Part shown: piece by piece, positions 29,701 to 41,010 of the stretch | Position numbering within the stretch: the first letter of the stretch is position 1 | Layout of the letters: each line of letters opens with the position of its first letter | Assembly (NCBI GenBank): GCA_963724765.1 | Contig: CAVRVY010000001.1 | Coordinates: 128,001 to 192,000, forward strand | Direction of reading: 5' to 3' | From: an uncultured delta proteobacterium | GTDB lineage: Bacteria; Desulfobacterota; Binatia; Binatales; Binataceae | Length of the DNA: 64,000 nt | Translations under genes and position numbers: made by a program | The notes under the pieces: model-generated | Database searches by the model: none | The model's input: only the letters and a program-made list of their open reading frames with translations | What the model was told of the DNA's origin: nothing

Positions 29701-32700
29701 GCCCTACAGAGGAGATCCTGACCGAGATTTGGGTCCAGCTACTAGGCATTGAACGGATAGGCATTCACGACAATTTCTTCGATCTCGGCGGTCATTCTCT
29801 TCTGGCGACCCAGGCCGTTTCCCGAATACGCGACGCCTTCGGAGTGGAAATACCACTGCGCCGGCTGTTCGAAGTGCCCACGGTGGCCGGCTTGGCCGAA
29901 AACATCGAGGTGGCGCGCCGGGCGGGACATGAGCTGCAGGCACCGCCAATAGTGCCTATCGCGCGCGACGGAGATCTGCCGCTCTCTTTTGCCCAGCAGC
30001 GGCTGTGGTTCATCGATCAGTTGGCGCCGGGTGACTCCGCCTACAATATTTCGGCCGCCATCCGCCTCAAAGGACCACTCAACGTGGTCGCATTGGAGCG
30101 TAGTCTCAGCGAGATCGTGAAGCGTCATGAAGCCTTGCGGACGACCTTTACGATAATGGATGGATCTCCGGCCCAGGTCATTGCCCCGACCCTGACGATG
30201 GCGCTGCCGGCAATCGACCTGCGGAATCTGCCCGAGCACGAGCGAGAGATAGAGGTTCAGCGGCTGGGTGCCGAAGAGGCCCGGCGGCCGTTTGATTTAG
30301 CCCAGGGCCCGCTGTTGCGAATCGCTCTGCTACGACTGGGCGAAGAGGAGCATGTGGGGCTCCTCACGATGCATCATATTGTCTCTGACGGTTGGTCAAC
30401 CGGAATACTGATCCGGGAGATGGCTGTGCTCTACGAAGCTTTCTCTTCGGGAAAAGCCTCACCACTGCCCGAACTGCCGATCCAATATGCGGACTTCGCC
30501 AACTGGCAGCGCCATTGGTTGCAGGGAGAAGTCCTGGAGACCCAGCTTGCCTATTGGAAGCAGCAATTGCTCGGCAGCCCGCCTCTGCTGGAGCTGCCTT
30601 TGGAACGCTCCAGGCCGGTGGTCCAGAGTTTCCGCGGTGCCCATAGATCGTTGCTGTTGCCCAGGACCGTAGGCGACGCATTAAAGACGCTGAGCCGCGA
30701 CGAAGGGGTTACCCTGTTCATGACGTTGCTCGCGGTGTTCAAGATTTTGTTGCATCGCTACACGAGTCAAGACGACTTGATCGTGGGCACGCCGATCGCC
30801 AACCGCAACCATACGGAGATCGAGGGACTGATTGGATTCTTCGTCAATACTCTGGTCTTACGCACTGACCTCTCAGGTAATCCCGGTTTTCGGGAGCTTG
30901 TGCGCCGGGTGCGGGAAGTGTGTTTGGCAGCATATAGCCACCAGGACCTGCCCTTTGAAAAGTTGGTTGAAGAATTACACCTGGAGCGGGACTTAAGCCG
31001 CAACCCGCTCTTTCAGGTGATGTTCGTGCTGAACAGCGCGGTAGCGGAAACGGTAGAGCTGAGAGGCCTGATCGTAAGCCCTGTGAAGGGTGACGGCGAG
31101 ACAGCTCACGTCGACTTGACCATGCAGATAAGTGAGACCCAGCAAGGGTTGATGGAAGTGGCATTGGTATACAACACCGATCTGTTTGAGGCCGCTACAA
31201 TCACTCGTATGCTGGCGCATTTTCAGACCCTCCTGGAGGGCGTAGTCGCAGCGCCCGATCGGCGCCTCTCGGAGTTGCCACTATTGAGCGACGCAGAGCG
31301 GCATCAGCTGATGGTTGAGTGGAACGGCAGCAAGATCGACGATCCGAGAAATCTGTGTATCCATCAGCTTTTTGAAACGCAGGTAGAACGAGCCCCGAAC
31401 GCGATCGCGGTAGAGTTTGAAGGTGCGCAACTGACATATGGTGAGCTGAACGGCCGGGCTAATCAACTGGCTCATCACTTGCGGACTCTGGGAGTGGGAC
31501 CGGACGTGCCCGTCGGGATCTGCCTGGAGTCCTCGTTGGAGATGGTCGTCGGCTTAATAGGCATTCTCAAGGCGGGTGGAGTATACGTACCGCTGGACCC
31601 GGTCTGTCCGAGCGAGCGCCTGGCCTTCATGCTCGAAGATACCGGGACGCCAGTGCTGTTGACTCAGGAGCGATTGGTGCCGGGGCTGCCTGGACATCGG
31701 GCCAAAGTAGTCTGTCTGGATTCTGGCTGGGAGACCATTGCCCGACAAAACCGTAAGAACCCCATCAACGTAGCCGTGTTGGACAATCTGGCTTATGTTA
31801 TTTACACCTCCGGCTCCACGGGTCAACCGAAGGGAGTTCTCGTCCCACACAGTTCGATAGTGAATCACTGCTGCGATATTCAAAAATACTATGAGCTTGA
31901 CTCAAGCGATCGGATACTTCAGTTCTCTTCACTGAGTTTTGATTTATCATTGGAGCAAATGTTGCCGACACTTATCGTCGGGGCCACGCTCGTGTTGGAA
32001 CGGTCGGATGTGTGGCATACGAACGAATTGCACAGAAGAATTGCGGAGTTCGGACTCACGGTACTCAATCTTCCGACGGCCTACTGGCAGGAGCTAGCTC
32101 GTGAGTGGACGGACCTCCCGGATCTGATTTCGAACGTTCAGCCCAGGCTTTTCATCGTTGGCGGAGATGTAATGCCGCCCGAAGCTCTAGACCATTGGCT
32201 GAAAAGCCCCATGCGTGCAGTCCGTCTAATCAATGCTTACGGCCCTACCGAGGCGACAATAACGACGACTGCCTTTGAAATCACGCCACGGCCTGACGAG
32301 AGCGCGAGTTTTCAGAAGGTTCCCATTGGTCGTCCCCTCGCTAACAGAGAGATCTACATTCTCGATAAGTACGGCAACCCGGCTCCGGCTGGAGTTGCTG
32401 GTGAGCTGTACATCGGCGGTTGGGCTCTGGCGCGAGGCTATCTCAACTGCCCTGATTTGACTGCCGAGAGATTTGTCCCGCACCCCTTCAGCACCGAGCG
32501 CGGGGCACGGCTGTATAAGAGCGGCGACATGGCCCGCTATCGGCTGGATGGAAACATCGACTTGCTCGGTCGGCTTGACCGCCAGGTAAAGATCCGCGGC
32601 TTCCGGATCGAACTGGAGGAAATCGAGGCGGCGCTTGGCCAGCACCCGGCCGTACGGGAGGCCGTCGTCTTAGCTCGTGAGGAGACACATGGAGAGCGGC

Positions 32701-34019
32701 GGCTGGTAGCCTATATCGTGGCTCAGCAAGAGTCCCGCCCCGCCCCCGATGACCTGCGCGGGTTTCTGAAAGAGAAACTGCCCGAATACATGGTGCCCGC
32801 AGTATTCGTGTTTCTCGATGCCATCCCGCTGATGCCTAGCGGTAAGGTAGACCGCCGGGCGCTGCCGGCACCTGAGCGAATACGGTTCGAACTGGAAAAG
32901 GCATTCGTAGCGCCTCGCGACGCTCTGGAAGTTCAGCTCACTAATCTTTGGGAGGAGGTTCTGGATGTCCAGCCTATTGGAGTGAGAGATAATTTTTTCG
33001 AGCTTGGAGGCCATTCTCTGGCAGCGGTGCGTCTGTTCGCGTTGATTGAGAAAAGGCTAGGCAAAAGGCTTCCGCTCGCCACTGTTTTTCAGAACGCAAC
33101 TGTCGAGCATCTAGCCATTATTTTCCGCCAGCAGGCTAAGCCTGCACTTCAATCGTCCCTGGTCGCTATTCAACCTGGCGGCAACAAGCGGCCCCTTTTC
33201 TTGGTACATCCGGCTGGTGGACACGTTTTTCCCTACGTTCATTTGGCGCACTGTTTGGGCTTAGACCAACCATGCTATGGGCTACAGGCAAGAGGACTGG
33301 AAGAAGGGCAAGAGCCTCACACGCGGATCGAAGACATGGCTACTCATTACATTAAGGCACTGCAGGCCGTGCAGCCCGAGGGTCCCTATCTTCTCGGAGG
33401 GTGGTCGATGGGCGGCGTCGTAGCTTTCGAGATGGCTCAACAGCTTCGCGCGCAAAGACAGGGGGTGGCTTTGTTAGCACTATTGGATGGACGAATTCCG
33501 ACTCTCGACGAGGATTTCGAGAACGAAGATTTTGAGACGACTTTGTTGGCTGATTTTGTCCGCTATTTCGGTCTTTCGCTCGATCCTCGAGATTCTCTTG
33601 TAGGGATCCCAAAAGACGAACTATTAATGCGCGTGCTCGAGCAGGCGAAAAGAGCCGGCTTGGTACCTCTGGATGTCGAAGCTTCTCAAGCCCGCCCTTT
33701 TGTTGAACTCTGCAAGGCCGACTTTCGAGCCACCCGGAAATACATGATGCATCGCTATCCCGGCCGGGTCACGCTCTTCAAGGCTGCTCAGGATCTTGCG
33801 GGGACGTCCTCTGACCCGACACTAGGCTGGAGAAAGTGGGTTGATGGAGGAGTAGAGGTCCATGTCGTTCCAGGCAACCACGCGAGTATGGTTTACAAAC
33901 CTCACGTTGAAGTGTTAGCCGAGGTGATGAGAACTTGTCTGAGCCAGGCGCAATCCGCTGATGAATGGTTCGCCGATGACAGTGAATCGAGTGACCAGTT
34001 GATGAAGGTAGTTCAATGA
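26733..34019 (+). CDS. NRPS: degenerate C-A-T-C-A-T-TE
   Basis: First C lacks catalytic His (SSLCAD); two YTSGSTG A domains; two GGHSL carriers; HHIVSDGWS; TE GWSMG. Confidence 0.95.
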   Translation: MRSSEPAQQSAGVSGRFIEGFRLSPQQKHLWSLQQVDQSPSYRAQCAILIEGNVDTGILKAALRNVWDRHEILRTAFQCLPGIDGPFQVMTDGGVLSVDSYNLTGWDSPRQEARIAALCQKANETPLDFEQGRISQVSLITLSPTRHTLLVSLSSLCADSISLNNLMREICDAYSAYLRHEELADQPAQYADLAEWQNELLESEDTKTGRDYWRRQDFADLPAFKLPYEGQSPIKPGFRPLFVASTIDSGSLAKVRTLTRKYDASACAFLLACWQILLWRLVGESDFVVGMACDGRAYEELQKTLGLFSKHLPLRCHLEGKLQFCEILRRVDESACEALQWQEYFSWEHVAGSNGNLPATPFCAAGFEFREQTVKYSAADLTFSIRKQLVYADRFKVKLSCFQKEDLVVAQFHYDSSLFRAEDIKRLNEQFHKLLESAVRNPEAAINELEILSTAQRQQLLAEFNATETDFPEDKLIHQLFEEQVERTPDSVAVAFEQQQLSYAQLNARANQLAHHLQALGVSSDVPVAICMTRCPEMVVGLLGILKAGGAYLPLDPAYPKERLAFMLEDARAPVLLTQSRVAASMPVHRAHLLCLDSGWEAIGRESKENPVSRSTVRNLAYVIYTSGSTGEPKGVMVEHRSLVNYLCWLGEGLLGDALKHLPLTTRLTFDMCLKQLFPPLLRGGEVWILSEEIAVEPTKLLSALGARTGVGLNCVPSLWKAMLQAIDSGHAINPAGSLAYLLFGGEQLSQDLSDSSLSALPKLQIWNIYGPTEATANACAAKIGAGEEITIGRPIANTQIYILDSFLRPVPIGIPGELYIGGTGVARGYLNRPELTAEKFIPHPFSARAGARMYKTGDLARYLPDGRIEFLGRTDYQVKIRGFRIELGELEAVLGEHPAVREAVVAAQDDASGEKRLVAYIVAEREFRLTANDLRGFLRQRLPEYMVPATFVLLDALPLMLNGKVDRRALPALDRTRPERESAFVIPRSPTEEILTEIWVQLLGIERIGIHDNFFDLGGHSLLATQAVSRIRDAFGVEIPLRRLFEVPTVAGLAENIEVARRAGHELQAPPIVPIARDGDLPLSFAQQRLWFIDQLAPGDSAYNISAAIRLKGPLNVVALERSLSEIVKRHEALRTTFTIMDGSPAQVIAPTLTMALPAIDLRNLPEHEREIEVQRLGAEEARRPFDLAQGPLLRIALLRLGEEEHVGLLTMHHIVSDGWSTGILIREMAVLYEAFSSGKASPLPELPIQYADFANWQRHWLQGEVLETQLAYWKQQLLGSPPLLELPLERSRPVVQSFRGAHRSLLLPRTVGDALKTLSRDEGVTLFMTLLAVFKILLHRYTSQDDLIVGTPIANRNHTEIEGLIGFFVNTLVLRTDLSGNPGFRELVRRVREVCLAAYSHQDLPFEKLVEELHLERDLSRNPLFQVMFVLNSAVAETVELRGLIVSPVKGDGETAHVDLTMQISETQQGLMEVALVYNTDLFEAATITRMLAHFQTLLEGVVAAPDRRLSELPLLSDAERHQLMVEWNGSKIDDPRNLCIHQLFETQVERAPNAIAVEFEGAQLTYGELNGRANQLAHHLRTLGVGPDVPVGICLESSLEMVVGLIGILKAGGVYVPLDPVCPSERLAFMLEDTGTPVLLTQERLVPGLPGHRAKVVCLDSGWETIARQNRKNPINVAVLDNLAYVIYTSGSTGQPKGVLVPHSSIVNHCCDIQKYYELDSSDRILQFSSLSFDLSLEQMLPTLIVGATLVLERSDVWHTNELHRRIAEFGLTVLNLPTAYWQELAREWTDLPDLISNVQPRLFIVGGDVMPPEALDHWLKSPMRAVRLINAYGPTEATITTTAFEITPRPDESASFQKVPIGRPLANREIYILDKYGNPAPAGVAGELYIGGWALARGYLNCPDLTAERFVPHPFSTERGARLYKSGDMARYRLDGNIDLLGRLDRQVKIRGFRIELEEIEAALGQHPAVREAVVLAREETHGERRLVAYIVAQQESRPAPDDLRGFLKEKLPEYMVPAVFVFLDAIPLMPSGKVDRRALPAPERIRFELEKAFVAPRDALEVQLTNLWEEVLDVQPIGVRDNFFELGGHSLAAVRLFALIEKRLGKRLPLATVFQNATVEHLAIIFRQQAKPALQSSLVAIQPGGNKRPLFLVHPAGGHVFPYVHLAHCLGLDQPCYGLQARGLEEGQEPHTRIEDMATHYIKALQAVQPEGPYLLGGWSMGGVVAFEMAQQLRAQRQGVALLALLDGRIPTLDEDFENEDFETTLLADFVRYFGLSLDPRDSLVGIPKDELLMRVLEQAKRAGLVPLDVEASQARPFVELCKADFRATRKYMMHRYPGRVTLFKAAQDLAGTSSDPTLGWRKWVDGGVEVHVVPGNHASMVYKPHVEVLAEVMRTCLSQAQSADEWFADDSESSDQLMKVVQ

Positions 34020-34234
34020 ACAGAGACGCGAGACAAGACAATGCAACCTACAAAGTCGTCGTGAATCATGAAGAGCAGTACTCGATCTGGCCGGTCGAAA
34101 AGGAAAACCCTCTTGGCTGGACGGATGTAGGCAAAAGCGGGTTTAAGACGGAATGCCTGGAGTACATCAAGGAGGTGTGGACCGACATGCGACCACTCAG
34201 CCTAAGAAAGAACATGGAGGAGCGGAAACGGTAG
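34016..34234 (+). CDS. MbtH-like protein
   Basis: [12 protein letters not shown]...GW...WTDMRPLSL. Confidence 0.97.
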   Translation: MNRDARQDNATYKVVVNHEEQYSIWPVEKENPLGWTDVGKSGFKTECLEYIKEVWTDMRPLSLRKNMEERKR

Positions 34235-34275
34235 ATCCGTTCATCGAAAGATTGAATGTCGCGCATCTTCCACAG

Positions 34276-35049
34276 GTGATTCTGCCCGTGACTGCTCCTC
34301 CTTTTGACTCCTGGATTCTCTGTCGCGAGCCTCGCCCACAGGCCCGCCTCCGTCTGTTCTGCTTTTCGTATGCGGGAAGTGGTGCGTCGGCTTTTCGCAT
34401 TTGGCCACGCGGCTTGCCTACGGACGTCGAGGTTTGTCCAGTGCAACTCCCGGGACGGGAAACCAGGCTGATGGAGCGTCCGTTTACTCAGCTCTCGCCT
34501 CTTGTCCAAACCGTCACGAAAGCTCTGTTTCCGTTCCTGGACAAACCTTTTGCCCTGTTCGGCCACAGCCTGGGAGCATTGGTCAGTTTTGAGCTCGCTC
34601 GCGAGCTCCGCAGACAGTACGATGTGCATCCTGCTCGATTATTTGTCTGTTCCGCTCGCGCGCCGCAGATTCTTCATCGAGGCCTGCCTATTCACAACCT
34701 GCCGGAAAAGGACTTTTTAGCGGAACTGCGTCGGCTGAACGGTACTCCTACGGAGGTCCTGAACAACGAAGGGCTAATGGAGATTATGCTTCCACATTTG
34801 CGCGCGGATTTCGCGCTCTACGAGACCTACGCGTACGCGCCCGGTTCTCCCCTGAACTGTCCCATTTCTGCGTTTGGCGGCTGGCAAGATCGCACAGTGA
34901 GCCATAGCGATCTTGAAGCCTGGCGTGATCAGACGAGCGTTTCCTTCTCCTCGCAGATGTTTCCCGGCGATCATTTCTTTTTGAACGCAAATCAGTTGCC
35001 GCTTCTTCGCGTGCTCTCCGAGGAATTGCGCGGCAACTGCGGCGACTAG
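34276..35049 (+). CDS. Type II (editing) thioesterase
   Basis: RLFCFSYAGSGA, QLPGRE, GHSLG, GDHFF; GTG start inferred. Confidence 0.92.
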   Translation: MILPVTAPPFDSWILCREPRPQARLRLFCFSYAGSGASAFRIWPRGLPTDVEVCPVQLPGRETRLMERPFTQLSPLVQTVTKALFPFLDKPFALFGHSLGALVSFELARELRRQYDVHPARLFVCSARAPQILHRGLPIHNLPEKDFLAELRRLNGTPTEVLNNEGLMEIMLPHLRADFALYETYAYAPGSPLNCPISAFGGWQDRTVSHSDLEAWRDQTSVSFSSQMFPGDHFFLNANQLPLLRVLSEELRGNCGD

Positions 35050-35062
35050 AGAGAGCGGCCAG

Positions 35063-35830
35063 GTGAAGGTATTCCCCAACCGCTGCTCTATTGCTGCGTG
35101 GGGCGTTCCACCCAGAGGGTTGACATTAGGTAGCAATGAGGTTCATGTCTGGCGAGCCGCCTTGGGCCAGGCGCCCTCGCAGATAGATCGCTTCCTGCCG
35201 ACGCTTGCAGCGGATGAACGGGCGAGAGCCGAGAGATTTCACTTCCCCAAAGATCGCGAGCACTTTGTTGTCGCTCGTGGAGCGCTCAGAGCTATCCTCG
35301 GTTTCTATCTGAACCGGGCGCCGGAATGCTTGTCATTCGCCTACAGCTCTCATGGGAAGCCTGCCGTGGTGTTGGAATCCGGCGAGGCTCCGATTCGCTT
35401 CAACATATCCCACTCTCGCGGAGTGGCCCTTTATGCAGTCACCTGTGGCCGCGAGGTCGGCATCGATCTCGAATATATGCGCTCCGATTTGGAGGTAGAG
35501 CAGATCGCCGGGCGATTCTTCTCGCGCCGGGAAATCGCGACACTCCATGCGCTCCCAGCGGCCCTCCGGAGATACGCGTTCTTTCTCTGTTGGACCCGCA
35601 AGGAAGCCTACATCAAGGCCAGAGGTGAAGGACTTTCACTAGCTTTGGATCAGTTCGACGTGTCGCTGATTCCCGGAGAACCTGCGGCACTGCTTGGCAC
35701 TCGGCCCGACGCAGACGAAGCGCTGCGTTGGTCTCTACTGGAACTGACCCCTGGACCGCCCGAATACGCCTCCGCCCTTGCGGTGGAAGGAGTCGGCTGG
35801 TCGCTCGCATTGTGGCAATGGCCAAGCTGA
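35063..35830 (+). CDS. Sfp-type 4'-phosphopantetheinyl transferase
   Basis: GKP, FNISHS, VGIDLE, WTRKEAYIKA. Confidence 0.95.
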   Translation: MKVFPNRCSIAAWGVPPRGLTLGSNEVHVWRAALGQAPSQIDRFLPTLAADERARAERFHFPKDREHFVVARGALRAILGFYLNRAPECLSFAYSSHGKPAVVLESGEAPIRFNISHSRGVALYAVTCGREVGIDLEYMRSDLEVEQIAGRFFSRREIATLHALPAALRRYAFFLCWTRKEAYIKARGEGLSLALDQFDVSLIPGEPAALLGTRPDADEALRWSLLELTPGPPEYASALAVEGVGWSLALWQWPS

Positions 35831-36136
35831 GCCATAAATACTGCATATACCCCCGAAGAATAGTACATTTCAGAACCGAGTTTGCAGACGATCGGCTCCG
35901 ACATGATGAGTTTAACCCCGATTTGAGCATACCTGTGCTCGCTTTTACTAATCCATTGGCATATAAGTGATCTAAGTCGGCCGAGAGTTTCCTCACATCT
36001 TTACACTTTGCCAAAGGTGGACAACCGAAGGTTGCTCCCCCACTCGGGTATTTGCATCTAGGCCGACTCGCAAAATGGCGATCGAGTGAGTATCACGGCG
36101 GTGTTTGTTATCTCCGAGGAGTCCTAAACTCGTACA

Positions 36137-37129
36137 ATGAAGATTTTTTCGCTTCGAGCTTGGATTATGATTGCCGCGATGTCGTTGTTCGGGGCACTCG
36201 CGGCGCTTTGGCCGGCGATAGGCCATACGGATATCGTGCAGGCTCCAGGCACCGAATCGAGCGCCGGTGGCGCAATGGACGCCTGGCTTGTAGCTCGCGG
36301 CCTGATAGGCCGCGGGATGATTGGCGAGCAATCCGGCGCTGACCTCATGACACCGGTGTCAGGCGCCGAGGTCGAGGAAACTCGACAGACAGAGGACCAA
36401 ACCGGCCAGGTACTGATGCAGGTCAAGCTGTGGAACGAAACGGTCGGCGACAGCACGATCCATATCGAGGTTACCACCTTAAGCAGCTATCAGTTCGAAG
36501 TCAGTTTCTGGCTGTTCCCCAATCATCGGCAGGGCTGCACCATGTACCAATGGACGCTGTACGATCATGGCCGAGCGCTGCAGAGCGCGTTCTGGCGTAA
36601 TGACGCGCCAGTGCTGCGGTTGGCCGGCGCCCCCAATCTGCCGCATGACCTGTATCCCGACGCGGTGCCGTGGATGGCGTTTCTGCGAGTCCTCGACGCG
36701 CCGCGCGAAGGCGGTGAAGGTGCACTACATCAACAGATCACGCCGTACAGTTACGTGGGCCAGAATGTTGTGGCCAAAGGCATCGAGCAGATAAGCGTGC
36801 CGGCCGGCAGTTTTTCCGCCCTCAAGGTCACCGCTCAAGTCGACATTGCTACGGTAATGCCAAACTGGCCGCGGTTCGTGATGCACGTCGTCCAGCCGGT
36901 GGTTCCCAAGAACACGCTTTACTTCCAGGCGACGGCGCCCTACCGGCTGCTCAAGCAGCAGGGCGCCACGTTCGTTGGCGGTCCCGAGGTCACTACGGAA
37001 CTCATTCGCTTTTACGTCGCCGGCGCGCCGCCGGCCGCCGTGCCCTCACCGGCCGTAGCCGCCCTCCAAGCAAGGGACGCGCCAATCGTCGCCCCGCTCG
37101 GAGGCCCATCGATCTCCGTGAAGCAATAA
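36137..37129 (+). CDS. Exported protein, DUF3108-like
   Basis: Signal peptide; E.ISVPAGSF.ALKV motif. Confidence 0.5.
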   Translation: MKIFSLRAWIMIAAMSLFGALAALWPAIGHTDIVQAPGTESSAGGAMDAWLVARGLIGRGMIGEQSGADLMTPVSGAEVEETRQTEDQTGQVLMQVKLWNETVGDSTIHIEVTTLSSYQFEVSFWLFPNHRQGCTMYQWTLYDHGRALQSAFWRNDAPVLRLAGAPNLPHDLYPDAVPWMAFLRVLDAPREGGEGALHQQITPYSYVGQNVVAKGIEQISVPAGSFSALKVTAQVDIATVMPNWPRFVMHVVQPVVPKNTLYFQATAPYRLLKQQGATFVGGPEVTTELIRFYVAGAPPAAVPSPAVAALQARDAPIVAPLGGPSISVKQ

Positions 37130-37199
37130 ACGGTCACGAAGTCTCGCATGGTAGCCATCGGCGCGAGTTTCAATCGATTTACCGAGACAACCCACCCTT

Positions 37200-37517
37200 C
37201 TAATTTAGCCCGAAGAAAAGGTTTACGCCCTCCGATGGCGGAGGCGCACTGTAGGTCGGCCCAGCTGGGTAATATTCCGGCTCGGGCGCGTAGTAGTAGT
37301 TGGGCGCGGGCGCATAATAGGCGTTAGGCGCAGGCGCAATATAGCCACCACCGCCGTGGCCTCCTCTGTGTTGATTTCCGTGACGCTCTTCGTGATGCTG
37401 CGCGCCGCCGCCATGGCCACCGGCTAACGCAGGCCTCATCGCAACACCGCAAATCACGACGCCGAAGCCGATCGCAATCGCGATTTTACTGATTCTAGTG
37501 GGCGTGATCTTTCTCAT
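37200..37517 (-). CDS. Small secreted Gly/His- and Pro/Tyr-rich protein
   Basis: Signal peptide ending ALA; APAPN.YY repeats; GGAG RBS. Confidence 0.65.
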   Translation of the reverse strand: MRKITPTRISKIAIAIGFGVVICGVAMRPALAGGHGGGAQHHEERHGNQHRGGHGGGGYIAPAPNAYYAPAPNYYYAPEPEYYPAGPTYSAPPPSEGVNLFFGLN

Positions 37518-37588
37518 ATTGATTCTCCATTTCGCAGCGAATCCCGACAAACCGGCGGATTTCCGCATTGTTGTGTCCGGACTCTCAA

Positions 37589-38050
37589 TCACGCGCTCTT
37601 TTTTGCCGCTGCGGAACGCACTTTGCCCCGAAACATCTCATCGGCGGCCTCTTTCTGTGTGTTCGACATGCTGTTGTACAGAGCCTCAAAGGCCGGGACG
37701 AATTTAGTCATTCCAGCTTCATGCGCTTCGATCACCGCTTGATAGGATTTGACCGCTTCGACTGCAGTCATCGCCTTAGCGTCCTGGCCTCTCTGCTTTT
37801 GCAGATCGCTCATCGCCTTTGCATTATCGCGCATCACCTGGACGAGACCGTCCCATTGGGCCTGCTGGGCAGCCGTGATGTGAAGCCTGTTGTGTAACTC
37901 CTTGATGTGCGCCTCAACGGGATCGGCTTTGGCGGCAGCTACCGCCGGCTCCGTCGTCGCGGGCGCGGCAATGGCTAAAGGACCGGCGAGAACGAACGAG
38001 CCGAACAGGGTCGCCGCCACAAGTGCGCGTGCTGCTGATTGCATGAACAT
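37589..38050 (-). CDS. Spy/CpxP (LTXXQ) family periplasmic chaperone
   Basis: LHITAAQQAQWD...LYNSMSNTQKEAAD; signal peptide. Confidence 0.8.
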   Translation of the reverse strand: MFMQSAARALVAATLFGSFVLAGPLAIAAPATTEPAVAAAKADPVEAHIKELHNRLHITAAQQAQWDGLVQVMRDNAKAMSDLQKQRGQDAKAMTAVEAVKSYQAVIEAHEAGMTKFVPAFEALYNSMSNTQKEAADEMFRGKVRSAAAKKSA

Positions 38051-38220
38051 GTCTTTACTCCCGAAGTTAGTTGCGATCGCTGAAAACCACGACATGACAG
38101 AGTATTCCGGCTACTCTCCGTGATCGTATTATGTCGCGAGGAGAAGCGAGAAGCTAACCTACAGACTTTCGCAAATGGCAGTAAATATCTAGTGATTTAG
38201 CTGTGGAAGACGGAGGAAAG

Positions 38221-38236
38221 TGTTCTCACCGGAACG
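38221..38236. promoter_or_regulatory. Candidate Crp-family operator TGTTC-N6-GAACG
   Basis: Upstream of the Spy/CpxP gene. Confidence 0.45.
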
Positions 38237-38302
38237 AATTGATATGCTTCGAAGGATCGAACGGTGCCAGCAGATTTGCTGTAACTCAGCGGCTCCAAGT
38301 AC

Positions 38303-39166
38303 TCATTGATGAATCGCTTCATCACTTACTATCTGGCCGTCTCGTAAGCGAATCATACGGTGCGCGCGTTCCATGACCTGAGGATCATGGGTGGAAAAAA
38401 TGAAGGTCGTGCCGGTAGCGCGATTGAGATGTTCCATCACGTCGAGAAGCGAGACAGCTGTGGCAGAGTCCAGATTCGCCGTCGGTTCGTCCGCCAGGAT
38501 GAGCGCGGGTTCTGTGACCATGGCTCGCGCGACAGCGACCCGCTGCTGCTGTCCGCCGGACAATTCTGCCGGGCGGCGATCTTCAAGTCCGGCGAGCCCA
38601 ATCTCCGAGAACAATTTGCGTACTTTTTCCCTGCGCTTGTGCGCCGTCATTCCCTGCAGTAGCAAGGTAAACTCGGCATTTTCCAGCGCGGTGAGCACAG
38701 GCATCAGGTTGTAGGTTTGGAAGACGAATCCGATGCGTTGCAAACGCAAACGAGCCAGCGCACCCGCGGATAAGAGTTGAAGATCCTGGCCTGCCACCCG
38801 GACCTCTCCGGTGTCTGCCCGATCGAGTCCGCCGATGATGTTGAGCAGGGTGGTTTTGCCAGAACCTGAGGGGCCGGCAGTAGCCACGAATTCCCCAGGA
38901 GCGATGCGTAGAGAGATGCCACGCAATGCCGGAACTTCTATTGGCCCCGTGCGGTAGGTCTTCCTCAGATCCTTCAGTTCTACCGCCCACTCCACATCGC
39001 TCTCCGCCTGGCGCTTGGCCGCAAGCCGGTCACCGGTTTGCTCGAGCTTGCTGTTGGTTCCCGCCTCTAGTTCATTGTACATCTGATTCTTGGCCGCAGC
39101 AGCATCCGGGCTGGGCTCGAGCGCCCCGAGTGGGCGACGAGGCGGAATAGAGGAGTCCAAGCTCAC
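38303..39166 (-). CDS. ABC transporter ATPase (LolD/MacB type)
   Basis: GPSGSGKT, LSGGQQQR, LADEPT, STHD; true start may be later. Confidence 0.93.
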   Translation of the reverse strand: MSLDSSIPPRRPLGALEPSPDAAAAKNQMYNELEAGTNSKLEQTGDRLAAKRQAESDVEWAVELKDLRKTYRTGPIEVPALRGISLRIAPGEFVATAGPSGSGKTTLLNIIGGLDRADTGEVRVAGQDLQLLSAGALARLRLQRIGFVFQTYNLMPVLTALENAEFTLLLQGMTAHKRREKVRKLFSEIGLAGLEDRRPAELSGGQQQRVAVARAMVTEPALILADEPTANLDSATAVSLLDVMEHLNRATGTTFIFSTHDPQVMERAHRMIRLRDGQIVSDEAIHQ

Positions 39167-39275
39167 GCGAGGAACCTTCGACAGGCGGTCCGCGCACGCT
39201 TGGGCGCTTGGCGGAACGGAACCGCGCTCAGAGATTGGAAGAGCGGCAATAAGCGGCGCACCGTAATGTCGACGC

Positions 39276-39575
39276 TTAGAAAATGAATCCCCAATAGCTC
39301 CTCGCCGTGGACTGACAGTTAGTGTTGTTTGAGTCGCAGCTTAGGCAATTGTAGCCTTGGTCGTCACACACATTGTGTCTCGATGATCCATACTGCGCAT
39401 CAGCGCGTTGACAATTATTGTTATCGTCGCAAGCGAGGCAATTATTGCCATTTGTGTCGCATACCGAGTGTGTCGATGCATACTGCCCGGAGGGGCCAGA
39501 CCAGAAACACGCCTGCATGCCGAGCATTGATAAGACGAGAAGCGAGGCGAAAGCAAGTGTCTTGAACATAGTCAT
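39276..39575 (-). CDS. Small Cys/Asn-rich lipoprotein with an internal duplication
   Basis: Lipobox MQAC; two copies of H.VCD..G.NCL.CD.NN.NCQ. Confidence 0.7.
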   Translation of the reverse strand: MTMFKTLAFASLLVLSMLGMQACFWSGPSGQYASTHSVCDTNGNNCLACDDNNNCQRADAQYGSSRHNVCDDQGYNCLSCDSNNTNCQSTARSYWGFIF

Positions 39576-39650
39576 CTACTTCCTCTTACCATCATGCGCG
39601 TCTCAGGCGTGCGGACGCAAAGTAGGGACGGTTCCGTTTTGAACGCTTGG

Positions 39651-39666
39651 TGTGCTCCGCGGCACA
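39651..39666. promoter_or_regulatory. Candidate Crp-family operator TGTGC-N6-GCACA
   Basis: Perfect arms, 76 bp upstream of the Cys-rich lipoprotein. Confidence 0.55.
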
Positions 39667-39714
39667 GATCGATGAGATAACTTCACGCGGTCTCATGTTC
39701 TGGAGATCGGCTAT

Positions 39715-41007
39715 TTAAAGCACCTTCAACGCGTCCGGCAGATCCGTTCGCGCCGCCTTGAGCGCAGGATAGAAAGAGAGAACTGTCGCCATCATGAATA
39801 CGATGCTTACCGACCAGACGATCCGATCCAGACTCAGGCGCGAATACAAAATCGGGTCAAAGATGAGCGCGGGGTTAAGGCCGGATCTGAATATCCAGCG
39901 CAGATCCAATCCGGTCGTGGCGAAATAGTGTTGTACGCTCAAACCCAGCAGCAGTCCGAGCGCCAGGCTGATAGTCGTGAGAGCCAGAGACTCGCCGACG
40001 ATCATGAGTGCAAGCTGGAGAGGCCGAAGGCCAAGAGCCTTACAGACGCCGAATTCATAGCGGCGCTCCAGGACTCTCATCAAAATCGTGTTGAGTATCC
40101 CGAGTCCTACCATCGCGAGTACCACACCGTTCATGATGTAGTTAAAAGCATGGTCCAGGCGAAGTATCTGAGCCAGCATCGGCATCGATTGCCGCCAGGT
40201 CAGGACCTCGACCGGGGCTCCCTTCAACAGTCTGCGCAGACCCATCGCGACCTTCAGGGAGTCACGCTCCCGGCCAAGCACGAGCGCTATCTGAGTCACC
40301 TGATGGTCCGGCAGTCCGAGCAGTTTTTGGGCCACCGGCAGTGGCAAATGGATGATGTTGGAATCGACCGCTTGCAGGCCCGTGCTAAAGATCCCGGTCA
40401 CTCGTAAGAGCGTGCTTTGCATTTCTCCTCCGGCGCCGTTCTTGGCTTCAGTCCCAGGCTGTCGCACCGGCTGAGTCATAAGCACTACTTTGGAACCCAC
40501 CTTCACCTCGAGCTTGCGGGCTATCTCGGAGCCAATCACAACACCGGAGGGCTTGTCGTCATTCAGATACGTACCCGCGATGATCCGCTGAGGGATCAGC
40601 GACACGGTGCGCTCTTGTCGCGGTATGACTCCGATAATTCTGACGCCGGCGGTGTTGGCTGCAGAACTGAGTAATCCGGAGGCCACAAGCCGCGGACTAA
40701 TGCCTCGCACGAGAGCTGCCATGGCCGGGCTATGCAGCAACTCCTCGGCCGTTGAAACTGCTGAAGCGGTAAGCAACAGCTCTTGGGAACCGGTGTCCTG
40801 AAAACCCTTTGACTGGACTACCACATGCCCTGACCCCAGCCGCACTCCATCGGCGACCATCTGCTCGTGGCCGCCATCGAGTAGGCCCAACGAGATGAGC
40901 AGCAGAGCGAGACCCAGACTCAAGGCGAGGGCTGTCAACAGGGTGCCGCGAGGATTGCGCCAAAGGTTGCGCCAGCTGAGTTTCGCGACAAGGAGAACAC
41001 TAGTCAC
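39715..41007 (-). CDS. FtsX/LolE-like ABC permease
   Basis: WRNLWRN.R, NTILMRVLER..EFG. Confidence 0.9.
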   Translation of the reverse strand: MTSVLLVAKLSWRNLWRNPRGTLLTALALSLGLALLLISLGLLDGGHEQMVADGVRLGSGHVVVQSKGFQDTGSQELLLTASAVSTAEELLHSPAMAALVRGISPRLVASGLLSSAANTAGVRIIGVIPRQERTVSLIPQRIIAGTYLNDDKPSGVVIGSEIARKLEVKVGSKVVLMTQPVRQPGTEAKNGAGGEMQSTLLRVTGIFSTGLQAVDSNIIHLPLPVAQKLLGLPDHQVTQIALVLGRERDSLKVAMGLRRLLKGAPVEVLTWRQSMPMLAQILRLDHAFNYIMNGVVLAMVGLGILNTILMRVLERRYEFGVCKALGLRPLQLALMIVGESLALTTISLALGLLLGLSVQHYFATTGLDLRWIFRSGLNPALIFDPILYSRLSLDRIVWSVSIVFMMATVLSFYPALKAARTDLPDALKVL

Positions 41008-41010
41008 TGC

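Noticed and set aside
17239-35830. Siderophore assignment for the cluster
   Set aside because: No hydroxylase, N-oxygenase, catechol genes, TonB-dependent receptor or obvious Fur box in the window
39276-39575. RiPP (ranthipeptide/lanthipeptide) precursor
   Set aside because: Has a lipobox signal and no adjacent modifying enzyme
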